DNA of 63,217 bases, the filler included, from Octopus bimaculoides (Eukaryota), in NCBI RefSeq assembly GCF_001194135.2. It is 6 parts of 5 records of this genome, joined end to end, with 100 filler letters (N's around TTAATTAATTAA, not from the genome) between each part and the next. Parts side by side here need not be neighbours in the genome. Positions count along the whole stretch, not along the records: positions 1 to 25,039 come from NC_068988.1; 5 more parts are not named here. One strand, 5' to 3'. Both the position numbers and the translations under genes were made by a program. A model generated the notes under the pieces. The model was given only the letters and a program-made list of their open reading frames with translations, did not search any database and had not been told where the DNA came from. Below, one piece after another: positions 1-13,975 of the stretch (positions are counted from its first letter, which is position 1; the number at the start of each line of letters is the position of its first letter).

Positions 1-265
1 ATATATATATATATATATATATAAAAAACACGATTTATTCGTGATCAGAGTTGTTCGAAAACTGAGATACTACTGTATATATATATGTGTATATATGTAT
101 ATATAAATAGGCTACTGTCAGTTTCCATCTATCAAATTCACTTACAAGGTTTTGTTTGGCCTGGGGTTATCGTAGAAGACATTTTCTCTTGGTGCCATGC
201 AGTGGGACTGAACCTGGAGCCATGTAGCTGAAAGCAAGCTTCTTACTACACAACCACGACCATTG

Positions 266-317
<52 letters not shown>

Positions 318-2419
318 ATAAGGCAGTGATTTAGCAGAATTGTTAGGATGCTGGATGAAACGCTTAGCCGTATTTCACCTGCTGCTATGTTCTGAGTTCA
401 AATTCCACTGAGGTCGATTTTGCTTTTCATCCATTCGGGGTTGATAAATTAAGTACCAGTGGGGTCGATGTAATTGACTTTCCCCCCTCCCTCCCCCAAA
501 TTTCAGGCCTTGTGCCTTTAGTAGAAAGGATCATTATTATTAAAGCTGTGAGCTGGCAGAATCGTTAGCACACCAGACAAAATGCTTAATGGTATTTCGC
601 CCATCTTTTCATTCTGAGTTCAAATTCTGCTGAGGTTAACTATGCCTTTCATCCTTTCAGGGTTAATAAAATAAGTGCTGGTCAAGCACACACACACACA
701 CACACGGCTGGCTTTTTCCAGTTTCCGTCTCCCATTTTCACTTCCAAGTTAGTTGCCTTCCCCCAGATGCCGTGGTGAACCCTAGCTTACAGCATCCATG
801 CAATGGAATTGAACCTCTAAAGCACAGAGTTCCAAAGCAGACTTCTTAACCACACAGCTGGTATAGGAGTACACTGTGTGGTAAGAAGTTTGCTTCCCAA
901 CAAGATGGTCCCGAGTTCAGTCTCACTAAATGGTACCTTCTGGTATGACACCCCCCAGTCCAACTGAAGCCTTCTGAGTGGATGTGGTAGGTGGAAACTG
1001 GAAGAAACCCATTGTGTGTGTGTGTGTGTGTTTCTTGTCTTGACTTTGTGTAACAGTTGTAACTGAGTGTCCCTGTCATACAAGCAGTGTCATTCATTTC
1101 CAGTACTCTGTAAGAGCATGTCTGGTGAACGGAAAATATTACCTTGCTTGGAAACAGGTGAGGGTTGATGACAGGAAAGGCATCTAGCTGGAGAGAAATA
1201 AACTCCGTCTAACCCATGCAAGCATGAAAAAAGTGGATGTTAAACTGATGATAATGGCGATGATGGCAATCATCATCATCATCATCATAATTCTTGTGAC
1301 TTAGATCTGCATTTTTTTCAAGTTAGAACTACAATCTGTTGTCAATTCAGCTCTATTCTGAGACTGTAAAAAAAAAAAAACCCAAAATATCCTCACAAAA
1401 ATTAATTAATTAAAAAAAAAACCGATCCATTCAATTCATGTGTGGTGTTCATTAACTTGTTAGACGAAGTGTAATTCTGATGGTGCATTGGAAGCAGTGT
1501 GCTTGTCTGTGAGAGCAGTTTCTCTTTCAGTCAAAAGCTAAGTTGGTGACTGCTTTGATATTTCTGAAGAATGTATTCCCAAGTTTGTTTTCACACATGG
1601 CCAATATGGCAATGGAAAGAAAAGAGAAGAAAAAGTACCTGAGCTGGAGATATTTATTTTCTTCTCTTTTTCCTACTGACTAACCCTGATATTAAAGCGT
1701 TTGGTAAGAGACTTCATACTTACCATATTTACTTACCGAATTATTCTTAAAGTAAATTCATGACAAAAAACAAAACACAAAAAGCAACCCAAAAAACGTG
1801 TGCGTTGGTGGGGGTGGAAGCAAGGAGGGGCCGTTCGGGGTGGTGGTGGGGGTGGGCTTGAGATCAAGTGATGAATTTTTTTGCTGAGTTGACAAATATC
1901 GGTGTTTTCTTAACTAGCTTTGAACTCTGTGATCACCACTTACACCTGAACATATTTCTGTGGAATCTATTTACGTAGGTGGACTCAATTATGGCCGGGT
2001 ATTTGTGGTGAGCAACATGTCTAGGTTTATATGGAGATTGTGTGTGTGTGTGTGTGTGTACATATGCAATTTGTACGCATACATATCTATAGTCGTATGT
2101 ACATACATTTATGCATATGTGTATACGTATGTACATGTATTTAAATACATATATATACACACACACACATATATATACACATACATATATGTATGTGTGT
2201 GTATATATATATATATATATATACATACACATACATGTATGTGTGTAAATATGTATATATGCATATCTATATATGTATGCAAATATATGTGTAAATATGT
2301 CTGTATATATGTGTGTGTGTGTAATCATATTGTTATGTGTATGTATCTGTATGTTAGCTTAGACTGCTTTTACTCTAAGGGCTTTAAATCTGCTGATATC
2401 AGCTACATTGAGGGGCACC

Positions 2420-2457
<38 letters not shown>

Positions 2458-3782
2458 TTTCCCACTGCTGAGGCTTCTAATTGTTATTTAGGCCAGTTTG
2501 GGGCCCAGAGGTTTTTAGTTGTATGTCACTGCTTCTAATTTCACTGTCAGCAAATATACGTATATATACACCCATCACACCCTCAATTCTCTCTGTCTCT
2601 CTGTCTGCCTCTCTCTTTCTCAGTCTGTCTGTCTGTCTATGTCTCTCAGTCTGTCTGTCTGTCTCTCTACCTCTGTCTGTTTGTCTGTCTGTCTCTCTCT
2701 TTCTCTCTCCCTCTCCCCTTCCTCATGCGCTGAGCATGCTATTTCTTAGAAACTGTTTGTATCCATGATATGAAAACATTTCTAAATTTTAAGTAAATAA
2801 CTCCATTTGGACATGGCACACACCCACCCACCCACACACACCTCAGCATAGCTTAAAAATTTCATTAGCTTGCATCCTCTCATCATCTGGTCAAGCTTTC
2901 TCGGACATGATTATTGTCTTTTGATTGCTAATTTCTCGTCTGTGGCTGCAAGTCCTTCAGGCCATCGGCAGAGCTTCCCAGACCAAGATTCGAAACAGGG
3001 CAATTTGTGAAAGGGGAAGAAATCTAAGGGCAAACTATTTCTTGTATCTTGCATTTCATTTCCTCTTACCATCCTGATGTACTGATGAAAACTCCCATCC
3101 ATTGGGTCTCCAGTTTGAAAATGGGGGAATGCCATGTAGGGTTAGCTTCAAATACTCAATAAGCAGTTCCAGAGAAAATCACGGCTTGCCCTTTGGCAAG
3201 GCATAGCACCTACAGGTCACCTTAAAATCCTGAAGCCCTAAAATGCCATCATTAACTTTATATCATTTAAATTATTAATTTTCAGCTAAAAAAAAAAAAT
3301 CATTGATTTGTCCTTTTTATTAGCTTAATTAATGAAGAGTATGGCTCTCTATGTTCTGAGTTCAAATCCTGATATGGTTGACCCTACCTTTCATCCTTTG
3401 AGAGTAAATAAAATTAAGTACCAGTCAAGTACTGGGATCAAACTAACTAAACTACCCCCCTCCTACTTAAAATACTGGCCTTGTGCAAAAATTTGAAGCA
3501 ATTAATGAGTAAGTAAAAACGTAAAATTTCTTACACACACACACACACACGTCAATCGTTTCCACTGATCCATGAATACATGTCTGGTCATGGAGAAATA
3601 TTACCTTACTTGAAGAGAGGTGAAGGTTGGTGACCAGGAGAACTGTAGAAAATCTGCTGCCTCAGTGAATTCCATCTGACCTATGCGAGCATGGAAAAGT
3701 GGACATTAAAATTATGATGATGATGATGATGATATTTTTTCAACTTTTGATTAAATGTTTTTTTGTCTTTTTTATGTTTTAG

Positions 3783-3843
3783 TTACCCCAAAGGCAAGTC
3801 TATAACATCAGCATGGAGACTTCATGAGTTGGATCCAACAAAG
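3783..3843 (+). CDS. MRPL13: Mitochondrial ribosomal protein uL13m, internal exon (61 nt, phase 2 to 0): YPKGKSITSAWRLHELDPTK
   Basis: Pyrimidine-rich acceptor (ttttatgttttag) and AAG|gtaagt donor. Peptide aligns to the GYPGG...LH..DP segment of L13 and joins in frame to the 13889 exon. Upstream exons were not found in the window. Confidence 0.85.
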
Positions 3844-3877
3844 GTAAGTAACTCTAGTAACTCTTGTCCAAATACAT

Positions 3878-4940
3878 ATAGCAGGGGTGGATGCTCTGAG
3901 AGCGTAACTGCTAGAATAAGAATAGCTTGGGCAAAGTTCAGAGAGCTCCTACCTCTGCTGGTAACAAAGGGCCTCTTGCTCAGAGTGAAAGAGAGACTGT
4001 ATGATGCATGCATGCAAAAAGCCATGCTACATGGCAGTGAAACATGGGCTGTGACTGCTGAGGATATGCGCAGGCTTGAAAGAAATGAAGCTAGTATGAT
4101 CGGTTGGATGTGTAATGTCAGTGTGCATATACGACAGAGTGTAAGCACCCTGAGAGAAAAGTTTGACATAAGAAGCATCAGTTGTGGTGTGCAAGAGAGA
4201 CGACTGCACTGGTATGGTCATGTGTTACGTATGGATGAGGACAGCTGTGTGAAGAAGTGTTGTACTCTAACTGAGGCGGGAACCTGTGGAAGAGGTAGAC
4301 CCAGGAAGACATGGGATGAGGTGGTTAAGAACGACCTTTGAATGTTGGGCCTCACAGAGGCAATGACAAGTGACCGAGACCTTTGGAGATGTGCTGTGCT
4401 TGAGAAGACCCAGCAGGTAAAGTGAGATTGCAACTGTGGCTGATGCCAGTGTTGCATAACCGGTCAGTTTAAAAGTACCCTTCAATTGTCAGGCAATGAA
4501 CTGTGCTTGAGAAGACCTGTTGAGTCAAGTGAAATCATAGTCGTGGCCAATGCCAACCACCTAACTGGCCACTATGCTGGTGGCACATAAAAAGCATCTC
4601 TTGAGCATTGGGCCTCATGGAGACAAAGTGGTCAATGCCGATGGCATGTGGAAAGTTCCTTTCGAATGTTGGGCCTCACGGAGGTAATGATGAAGACCTT
4701 TTGGCTTTATGTCGTGCTTGAAAAGAAGACCCATCAAACCAAGTAAAATTGCAGTTGCGGCAGACACTGGTGTCATGCAACTGGCACCCATGCTGGTGGC
4801 ACATAAAAACTCCTGTAACACTTTCAGAGTGGTTGGCGTAGAAACCATTCCAAATCAGACTGGGGTCTGGTGCAGCCTTGCAGCTGGCCAGCCCTGGTCA
4901 AACCGTCCAACCCAGACCAGCATGGACAACGGACTGATTT
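3878..4940 (+). mobile_element. 5'-truncated RTE-clade LINE (C-terminal region of RT ORF plus 3' UTR)
   Basis: Peptide ARI..AW.KFRELLPLL...LY......MLHGSETW...RLHWYGHVLRM...GRGRPRKTW is typical of RTE-clade ORF C-termini. It is followed by a 3' UTR shared with other copies in the window. Confidence 0.85.
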
Positions 4941-5180
4941 GAACTTTGGTTTCAATTAAAGATATTGGAGATTTTCATTTAACTGTTGGGTGTCACTTAA
5001 ATATGGATCTCATTAAATACATGCAATATAGGTGGTACAATATGCTAATAACAATTTGGTAGTAACTAACAATAATAAATGCTGAAGCATTATTTAACTC
5101 CTTAGGGAAAACAAGAACAAATTTTTTGGTTGATAGGAATGGTTCTCATTCCAAGAATTATAAACCATATTTTCACATAT

Positions 5181-5510
5181 GGAGTAAAGATTGTTTGCCA
5201 ACATAACATGGCAGTCCTGGTTTAGGACGAATGTTGCTGTAATTTAGCCCCAGGAGACATTGTCTCCAGCTGGCTATACGACATGATCTGTGTCCTTATA
5301 TTTTTTAACAAGGGAATCTAGCACCCCCACTCAGCTCAAAACAATATCTGTGTATCACGATTTCCAGGTTATTTCCCTGCATTAGCACAGAATAATTGTT
5401 CTGATTGTGTCGTATAGCCAGCTGGAGACGATGTCTCCTGGGGCTAAATTACAGCAACATTCGTCCTAAACCAGGACTGCCATGTTATGTTGGCAAACAA
5501 TCTTTACTCC
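5181..5510. mobile_element. Fold-back MITE-like element with 103-bp terminal inverted repeats
   Basis: 5181-5283 is the reverse complement of 5408-5510 with one mismatch seen; 124-bp spacer; no TSD recognised. Confidence 0.75.
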
Positions 5511-5703
5511 AAAGTACTGTTGCTGAATATTTCTCGTTGTGAGATTTACAAATAGTAATTTTCATACTCACCTATGTTGCAACTAATCACTTTTGTTCTT
5601 TTAATTAATCTCTCCTACAGACTCCATTTCTGCCACATCTAAACCTTTTGATTCCAGCTCACTCAAGACTGCTCTTGGTTCTATGGTATAAACGTCATGT
5701 TTC

Positions 5704-5917
5704 AACCTTTTAGCATTTAAACTGGCCATATCGAGCCCATATATTTTACCAGATCTATGTTCAAAGCAGCCAGATCCAGCCTCTCACACCTATCCTACAA
5801 TGCCATTCTAAAAATAAACAATTGCATCATCAAAAATCTCAAAGCTACCAGATAATGCCTGATTGAAGAATGAAGAAGAAGCATTCCACTTGACAGAATA
5901 ATCAGAATGCCAAGGGT
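5704..5917. mobile_element. piggyBac-like MITE family member (related copies at ~13083-13590, interrupted by RTE, and 13591-13792)
   Basis: Three similar ~200-bp sequences. Their ends resemble TTAA-CCCTTTAGCATT...AATGCTAAAGGG-TTAA but are degenerate. Confidence 0.45.
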
Positions 5918-8011
5918 TTAGAAATTTTATGGGGATTTAATTTCGAAATTTCAGCTTAATAAGGACAAAATTAGTTTACAATATTCTTCCTTATTTTAAG
6001 AATTAATTAAAAAGAATACATCATAAATATGGTAGCAAAAGGGTTAAAATGCTTCCATCAAAGATCCTGCTTTGTTTCTTTAGAATCATGACACATTTAA
6101 TACCTGAGTAGTTTATTGATTGTCAGTGGTGGCTGGTGCTGGTTGTTGGCATTTTCTTGTCTACTTTTCCATTCTGGTTTGAGCTAAAAGACACTTCTTG
6201 AGGCAGTATCCTACAGCCTGATGCCCTCTCTCCTACCGACCCTTATTTTTCAAGTAAGATATTTTAATCTCCATTTTTGCACACCAAACACCTTTGAGGT
6301 GCTGCTCGACTTTTCTTTGTGTGGATCACAGACAGCACTGCTGCCTAAGTTGTCTCAGTGTGAAGACAGAGGGAGACACACAGACACGGGTATGTCTGGG
6401 GAGGCGGGGGGGGGGGTTTAGCAGATTTGTTATTTTTATAATAAAGATCTGTGTTAGTTTTATCAACATCGCCATTACCATCATCATCATCATCATCATC
6501 CTCATCATGTATCGTAAGCTTTTTGCATTGTGTTGATGCTACAGTGAGAGTCTTTCCAGTTGAGCGTGAGCTCTCTCATCGGATGAAACCCAAGCCTCAT
6601 TTTGTGCTGACTTTGTCGTAGTGCTTTCTCCGGTGGTTCCCCATTGCCTTCCTCAACTGGATGGCCACCAGCATACAAGGAGCCCGCCTGTCCTTTGGCA
6701 GGCCCTGCTCCTTCAAACCCTGCTGTGGCTCCAGGCCCTCTCCTCACGGGAACAGTGAGGCTAGCCGTTCAGTTGCTGACCACTTGACTGTGGAACAAAT
6801 AGAATTTTTTTATTTCTTTGTTGCCCACAGGGGGCTAAACATAGAGGGGACAAACAAGGACAGACAAAGGGATTAAGTCGATTACATTGAGCCCAGTGCA
6901 TAACTGGTACTTATTTAATCAACCCCGAAAGGATGAAAAGCTAAGTTGACCTTGGCAGAGTTTGAACTCAAAATGTAATGGCTGACAAAATACTGCTAAG
7001 CATTTCGTCCGGTATGCTAACGTTTCTGCCAGCTCACCACCCTAAACAAATAGTATTGGTTTACATGGTACCAGAGGCAGATTTCATCAACCTGTGATCA
7101 GATCCCTGACTTGGCAAATTTATTGTGTTTACGATATGTCTTCTTACCAAGTTTTTTTCCTTATTTTGTTGTCCATTAATAAGTAAGATGTCCAAGTACC
7201 AGAGTACAGGTATCCTTAGTCAATAGTGGAACTTTAATTTCACACGTTCTGTTCTGATGTAAGCCATGCTTTTCTGTAACAATTCCATCTTTCTTCCTAT
7301 CATCGGCCTTGGTTCCACAGTCCCAAGATTTTTCCCTTCAAGCAAATAGTTCCTGGTTTTATATCTGAAAGAGATTGAACCACTATCTTTTATCAAATTG
7401 AAGCAGCCACCTCATGGGGAACATCTTGTGGTTGCTCTCTCCTACAAAATATACAAGAATAGAAGTCACGGATGGAAGAATGGACACAACACTCACCAGC
7501 TGCTGTTTTGGCACTTAACATGGCAAAGGACTACAATGTCCCCCAAAACCATTGAAGTCTGGGATATTCAAGATGCAAGACTTATGGCCTATGTCTACCT
7601 CGATGCTGTTCATTTGTCTGAACAGAGTTGAATAATGCTAGAACACCACCACCACCAGCTGTGATTACATTTCGTTGCAGCCTTGATAGTCATCTTGTTA
7701 ACCATTCCAGTATTTCGTCTCCTACAGCTGCTGTAATAGGAATGCAACAGAAGCCAGCTGGGGAAACGCCAAAAGACAAATAAAAATAAAATAAAAGGTT
7801 TTCACCACCTGATATAATTAATTAGTTTATTTAAACACAAATGCATATATTTTAATTAATTGTGAAATATCAGCAAATTTATCATGACTAATCAGTTGTT
7901 ATAAAGCTAGCAGACAAGAAAAGAAAACGGTTATTGAATTGTTAGAATGTTAGAATATTAAGGAATAAAATATTTTTGGCAGTAATTCATTCTTAATATC
8001 ATCAGTGTATT

Positions 8012-8043
<32 letters not shown>

Positions 8044-8046
8044 TGT

Positions 8047-8106
<60 letters not shown>

Positions 8107-9271
8107 GTCTGGAGCAAGATGAAGAGAGCGAGAGGGGTGGAAAGAAAGAAGTAAACAGAAAGAGAAGGGGCAAGTGAGAGAGAGAGTAGAGTAGATAGCT
8201 GTAAGTGCCATCTAACATTAATAGTATAAAAGATTTTCATTGATCAGACTGAGTTATGGAACCAATCTAACAAACTTTAGTTGAATCGTTTAATAATTGA
8301 TGAGGTTCACACAGAACAGTGACAATCCAAAGAATAATGTTTCTGTTCATTTTTGATAAGTTTTAAACAGATTTCAATGTGAAAATGTTGAACACTTGCT
8401 TTTTGTCACCAGAGAACATCTTCCTTTTAGCAGACATCGTTATGCATCAGCGGATAATTTGTTTACAGGTTTCTGTGGACAAGAACCAGTACTGTTGTTA
8501 GTGACATTGATCCAAGGTTAGCTTTGGCTGAGAAGACGCACAAAAGATTGAAACCTTGCAGTGTCTCGATGTCCCCTTATATCAATGAATTGTGTGTTAT
8601 AAATACACATTGTCTGAAGAGAAGAGCTGTTCTCCACTGCTGGAAATCAACAGTGATCAGCATATTCACATTTAGATCTGCTAAAATGAATAGTTTTATT
8701 TTTGTTCAGATTTTTGTTCTTCTTTATACACCCCCTGAATTACTATCAGTTTGGCAGACATCATCATGCATCAGTAAATAATTTGTTTGCAGGTTTCTAT
8801 AGACAAGAGCCACCAGTACTTTTGTTAGCTTCACTGATCTAGGGAATAGCTTTTACTGAGGAGACATGCATAAGGTTGAAACACTTGTATCTGAAAGTCC
8901 TTTACGTCATTGAATTGTGTGTTATTATCTGAAGAGAGGAGATGTCTTCTGATAATGGAAAACGACAGCAGTCAGTCTTTTCTTGTTTGAATCTGGCAGA
9001 ACAGATTGAGAATAAATAAATTCATAATGAGTTGAATTATCTAGACAAGCATTTACTATCTGGTTGGTTTAATTATCATGAAAGAACAATTTAATTATCA
9101 AAATATTTAATTTACTGTGATATCTAAAGATTAATTGGCTGTGTGAGGGTTAAACTACTCGACTACAACTCCAGATGTTACGTAAATGCCACATTATAAA
9201 TTTCTTGCTTCTTACTATTTAGTTAGTGACTTTCTGATAGTATACACTTCTGTCACCATCTTACTAAACAC

Positions 9272-9302
<31 letters not shown>

Positions 9303-11231
9303 TATGATGACATAAATAATAGTATTTCAAAGGAAGCAACAAAATATAAATCTTAAGGCAGGTCTCATCACTTCGTTGTCACAATCAGCATTATGATTCT
9401 CGTTAGTTTCATCAGATTTATATTTTTTTAATTACAGTTCTTTTTTTCAATTAAATACAAAATTTGAATATTTTTTTCATTTCCTGTCTGTCCTGATTGA
9501 CTCTTGATTATCATGCATCAAAAACTTTCTATTTGTCTTTGGAATGTCTCTGAATAAGCACATTTTTTTAATATATATTTGTATTTACTTTTTATATTTA
9601 TTTTATATCCAGCAGGGGTTTTTTTTTTTGTCTCTGCTGCTAATGTATTGTTAGTTGACAAGAAGAACACATGTGTTGATCCACATGTCATTATGTCTGT
9701 TTTGTGTTATATTAAGTCATCATCATCATCATCATGTCCACTTTCCTATGCTTGCATGGGTCACATGGATTTTGGTGAGGTAAGTTTTCTACAGCCAGAT
9801 GCTCTTCTTGTTGCCAACCCTCACCTGTTTCCAAGCAAACGTAATATTTCCCCCATGGCTGTCGAAATAAACAACATTGTCTGTAAGGTCTCCATGGTCA
9901 CTCTCTCCATCCTCCCACCCTTGATCTTGCACAGCATTTAAGAGGTGACAGGTGAAGAGAGAAAGGGCTGCTGGTGCGGCCCTTTTTCACCTGAGTCGAC
10001 CTGTTCAATGTGAAATGAAGTGACTTGCTTAAGGACGCAACATACTGCCCAGTTCAGGAATTGAACTCATGACTTTGAGTGTCAGCCTAACACCCCAACC
10101 CCTATGCCATGTGACTTTGAAATAATTAATGCTAGTTCTTGTGAGGGCACGCCACCTAGTGGTCAGTGTGGTATACTCAGGATTGCAAGGTCATGAATTC
10201 AATTCCTAGACCAGGTGGTGGGTTGAACAAAACACTTCATCTCATGCTGCTCTGCTTTCAATTCAACACCTGACCTGTAGCACACTTGTTACACCTGTTC
10301 AGGCCACATCAATTTGAGGGAGGGGGAGTGAGCTAAAACAAGTATCCCCACAACCATTTGATCACAAGAAACAGGTTGTTCCGTAGAAAATTGCAGAACA
10401 TTCTTTTTGGAGAATATCCGACATACAATACTCGACTTCTTTATAGCAAACAAATCAATCCTCTGCTTCTTGTTGTTTTCTTTATGTTTTCCTTATTCAT
10501 CATATTCTCTACTTAATATAAAATACCCAATCCTTCCTCCACACAAACCTGCTGTCTACTGANNNNNNNNNNNNNNNNNNNNNNNNNNNNNNNNNNNNNN
10601 NNNNNNNNNNNNNNNNNNNNNNNNNNNNNNNNNNNNNNNNNNNNNNNNNNNNNNNNNNNNNNNNNNNNNNNNNNNNNNNNNNNNNNNNNNNNNNNNNNNN
10701 NNNNNNNNNNNNNNNNNNNNNNNNNNNNNNNNNNNNNNNNNNNNNNNNNNNNNNNNNNNNNNNNNNNNNNNNNNNNNNNNNNNNNNNNNNNNNNNNNNNN
10801 NNNNNNNNNNNNNNNNNNNNNNNNNNNNNNNNNNNNNNNNNNNNNNNNNNNNNNNNNNNNNNNNNNNNNNNNNNNNNNNNNNNNNNNNNNNNNNNNNNNN
10901 NNNNNNNNNNNNNNNNNNNNNNNNNNNNNNNNNNNNNNNNNNNNNNNNNNNNNNNNNNNNNNNNNNNNNNNNNNNNNNNNNNNNNNNNNNNNNNNNNNNN
11001 NNNNNNNNNNNNNNNNNNNNNNNNNNNNNNNNNNNNNNNNNNNNNNNNNNNNNNNNNNNNNNNNNNNNNNNNNNNNNNNNNNNNNNNNNNNNNNNNNNNN
11101 NNNNNNNNNNNNNNNNNNNNNNNNNNNNNNNNNNNNNNNNNNNNNNNNNNNNNNNNNNNNNNNNNNNNNNNNNNNNNNNNNNNNNNNNNNNNNNNNNNNN
11201 NNNNNNNNNNNNNNNNNNNNNNNNNNNNNNN

Positions 11232-11286
<55 letters not shown>

Positions 11287-11411
11287 TATATATATGTTAA
11301 TATTTAGCAGTGCACCAACATTATATATATAATATATATGAGAGAGAGAGAAAGAGAGATGCATGTATATGTGCTTGGATGTGTTTGTGTATATGTGCAT
11401 ATATATGTATA

Positions 11412-11445
<34 letters not shown>

Positions 11446-12933
11446 AATTTATATTTTACTTGCTTCAGTCATTTGACTACTGCCATGCTAGAGCACCACC
11501 GTAAAGGGTTTTAGTTGAAGAAATCGACCCCAGGACCTATTGTTTGTAAGCCTAGCTCTTATTCTATCAATCTCTATTGCTGAACCACTAAGTTGCAAGG
11601 ACATAAAGACACCAACATCAGTTGTCAAGTGATGGTGGGAGGACAAACAAAGACACACACACACATATATATATATTTATTGTATACATCTCTATTGACT
11701 TTCTCATTGCTAATGCTGTTCCCTGTCTAGGCACAAATGTAATTCTTTCCCAAATGAATTGCACTTCATATTCATGGCTCTGATGAAGCTGTAGGATGTT
11801 ATTCAGGTACTTGACTATGGGCCCACTGCATCTCACAGCAGAAACAGCTGTAAGCTAACAAAGGTCATTTGATAATTATTTATTCCTCTGTCATCTCTTT
11901 TTCTTATACACGCACGCACATATACATATATAATCTCTCTCCCTCTCTATATCTATAAATATATACACACACACATACATACACCTAATTTTAATTTGCC
12001 TTAATCATAGTTGCTTCCTACAGTCTGTTAAAATCAAATTAGATTCTTAAAATCATTTATCACACAACAAAATATATTTTTAGTTTTTATTTATTTTTGT
12101 CTGATATTTAAAAAAAAAAAAAGAAAAGAAAAGCAATACCCCTCCCCCCTCAGAATGACAGTAATTGGGGAGAGGAAGGGACGAGGGTCCAAGAGTTATA
12201 ATTTTAAATGTAAGCTTATATTTTTTTTGTATTTTTTTAAAAGTAATTTATTTTCTTTTTGTTGCTGCTTCCTAAAAAATGTTTTTTTTTTTTTTTACTT
12301 TTCTGTTTTTTTAAAATTTATTCTTGTTTTCATGTTCTGAAAATGTTCTTAATTTTGCAACGGAACAAAAAAAATGAAAAGAAGAAAGAAGAAAAGAAAA
12401 GGAAAAAAGAAAAGGGAAAAAAGGCCATAATTTTGAGATTTTGAGATCCATCTTTTCTGCATTAGTGTTTTCTAAACTTGTCTCAAAAATATTAAGAACT
12501 CTCAGCGTGGTTCCTCATCCTGCTAGAAATAGCAACCAAATCACTCCCAGATCACTTCTTATTATCTTTGATAAAGAAAGACGAGAGGCTACTTTAAATC
12601 ATGTAATCCTAGATACTCCTTAAAAGAAGTGATGGTCATGGTTGGATACCTCTGATTAATCACAGGTCTGTTCAATCAAGGTTGTGGTCTCAGGTTCAGT
12701 CCTGTTGCATGGTACCTTGGGTGTTTTCTACTATACCCCTCGGCCGAGTGGATTTGGTAGATGGAAATTGTGAGGAATCCCATCATATGTGTGTGTGTGC
12801 TTGTGTGCATGTCTTTGTGCTTGTCCATCAACTAATTCATAACTGGTGTTGGTTATAAATGATAGTTTTTTGGAAAAAGTTCTAGAGTCGATTTGTTTCA
12901 CGAAATATTTCAAGGCAGTGCTCCAGCATGGCT

Positions 12934-12997
<64 letters not shown>

Positions 12998-13265
12998 CAG
13001 CAGTGGTAGCAGAAGATTCTAGTTGAGTAAACGATTCCGTTTGAGTTAATGTCTTTGAGGTACATTTTGCTCTTACTCAAAGCCTTTAACATTTAAAATG
13101 GAAACACCCGACCCAAATATTCTCCCAGTTCTATATTCAAACCATCCAGGTCAGGCCTCTCACAGCTACCTTGCAATGTTATTTTAAAAACAAGCATTCA
13201 CATCATAAAAATTTCAAAGCTACAAGATAATCCCAGATTAATTTAGAACAATGTGGATAAATCCT

Positions 13266-13556
13266 CATCATCCTTTAACATCTGTTTTCCATGCTGGCAT
13301 GGGTTGGACGGTTTGACTGAGGACTGGCAAGCCAGGAGGCCGCACCAGGCTCCAGTCTGATCTGGCAATGTTTCTACGGCTGGGTGCCCTTCCTGATGCC
13401 AACCACTCCGAGAGTGTAGTGGGTGCTTTTTACGTGTCACTGGCACGGGAGCCAGTCAGCGGCACGGGAGCCAGTCAGCGGCACGGGAGCCAGTCAGCGG
13501 CACGGGAGCCAGTCAGCGGCACTGGCATCGACCACGTTCGGATGGTGCTTTTCACA
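13266..13556 (-). mobile_element. RTE 3' UTR fragment, inserted in a MITE
   Basis: Reverse complement of the family 3' end (caaaccgtccaacccatgccagcatggaaaa..gttaaa + (GAT)n tail). Confidence 0.7.
13442..13522. repeat. Perfect 19-bp tandem repeat x4.3 (ggcacgggagccagtcagc)
   Basis: Read directly; lies inside an RTE 3' UTR. Confidence 0.95.
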
Positions 13557-13888
13557 TTGCTGAAGGTAATCTGAATGCTAAAAGGATTAATTCTTTAACA
13601 CTTAAACTAGCCATGTCTGTCCCAAATATTCTGTTTGATGTTCAAACCAGCCTGATTCCACCTTTTGTGCCTACCCTACAATGCCATTCTAAAAAATAAT
13701 CACATCTCACAGCTACAAGATAATGTGTGATAAATTCAAAACAATTATAAGCATTACATTTGACAGAATATTCTTAATACTTAGGGGGTTAAAAAAGGGT
13801 AACATCTGATCATGTGCCAAGCTGGAGCTCTATATCCAATCAGTGTTTTCCTTTCCAGTTAAGCAGTTTTGTTTGTTTCCATTTTCAG

Positions 13889-13975
13889 ATCATGTACAAA
13901 GCAATTTACAGCACTTTACCTGGCAACCTGCTTAGGCCTAACATGATACGCAGAACTCATCTTTATGAAGAAGAG
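13889..13975 (+). CDS. MRPL13: MRPL13 internal exon (87 nt, phase 0 to 0): IMYKAIYSTLPGNLLRPNMIRRTHLYEEE
   Basis: attttcag acceptor and GAG|gtaatt donor. Matches the L13 motif IVKLAIYGMLPKNL.R..MM.RLHLF recalled from human MRPL13. Confidence 0.92.

Noticed and set aside
1944-2020. Minus-strand 77-nt exon candidate (HVAHHKYPAIIESTYVNRFHRNMFR)
   Set aside because: Weak acceptor, no partner exons and no homology recognised.
3082-3136. CTGATGA...GAAA hammerhead look-alike
   Set aside because: Cleavage position is G, stem I has only 2 bp, and stem II is closed by A-T.
3070-3229. Minus-strand exon-like segment with a single in-frame TGA (DFKVTCRCYALPKGKP*FSLELLIEY...), a possible selenocysteine
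   Set aside because: No known selenoprotein motif, no SECIS seen, no linked exons; it lies antisense in an MRPL13 intron.
5621-7783. Phase-compatible + strand exon chain 5621-5685, 6332-6389, 7728-7783
   Set aside because: It lies inside an MRPL13 intron on the same strand, the peptide is unrecognisable, and equally good splice signals exist on the opposite strand.
7141-7783. Moderate-GC block resembling a long coding exon
   Set aside because: Stops in all six frames; probably an ancient repeat remnant that I cannot classify.
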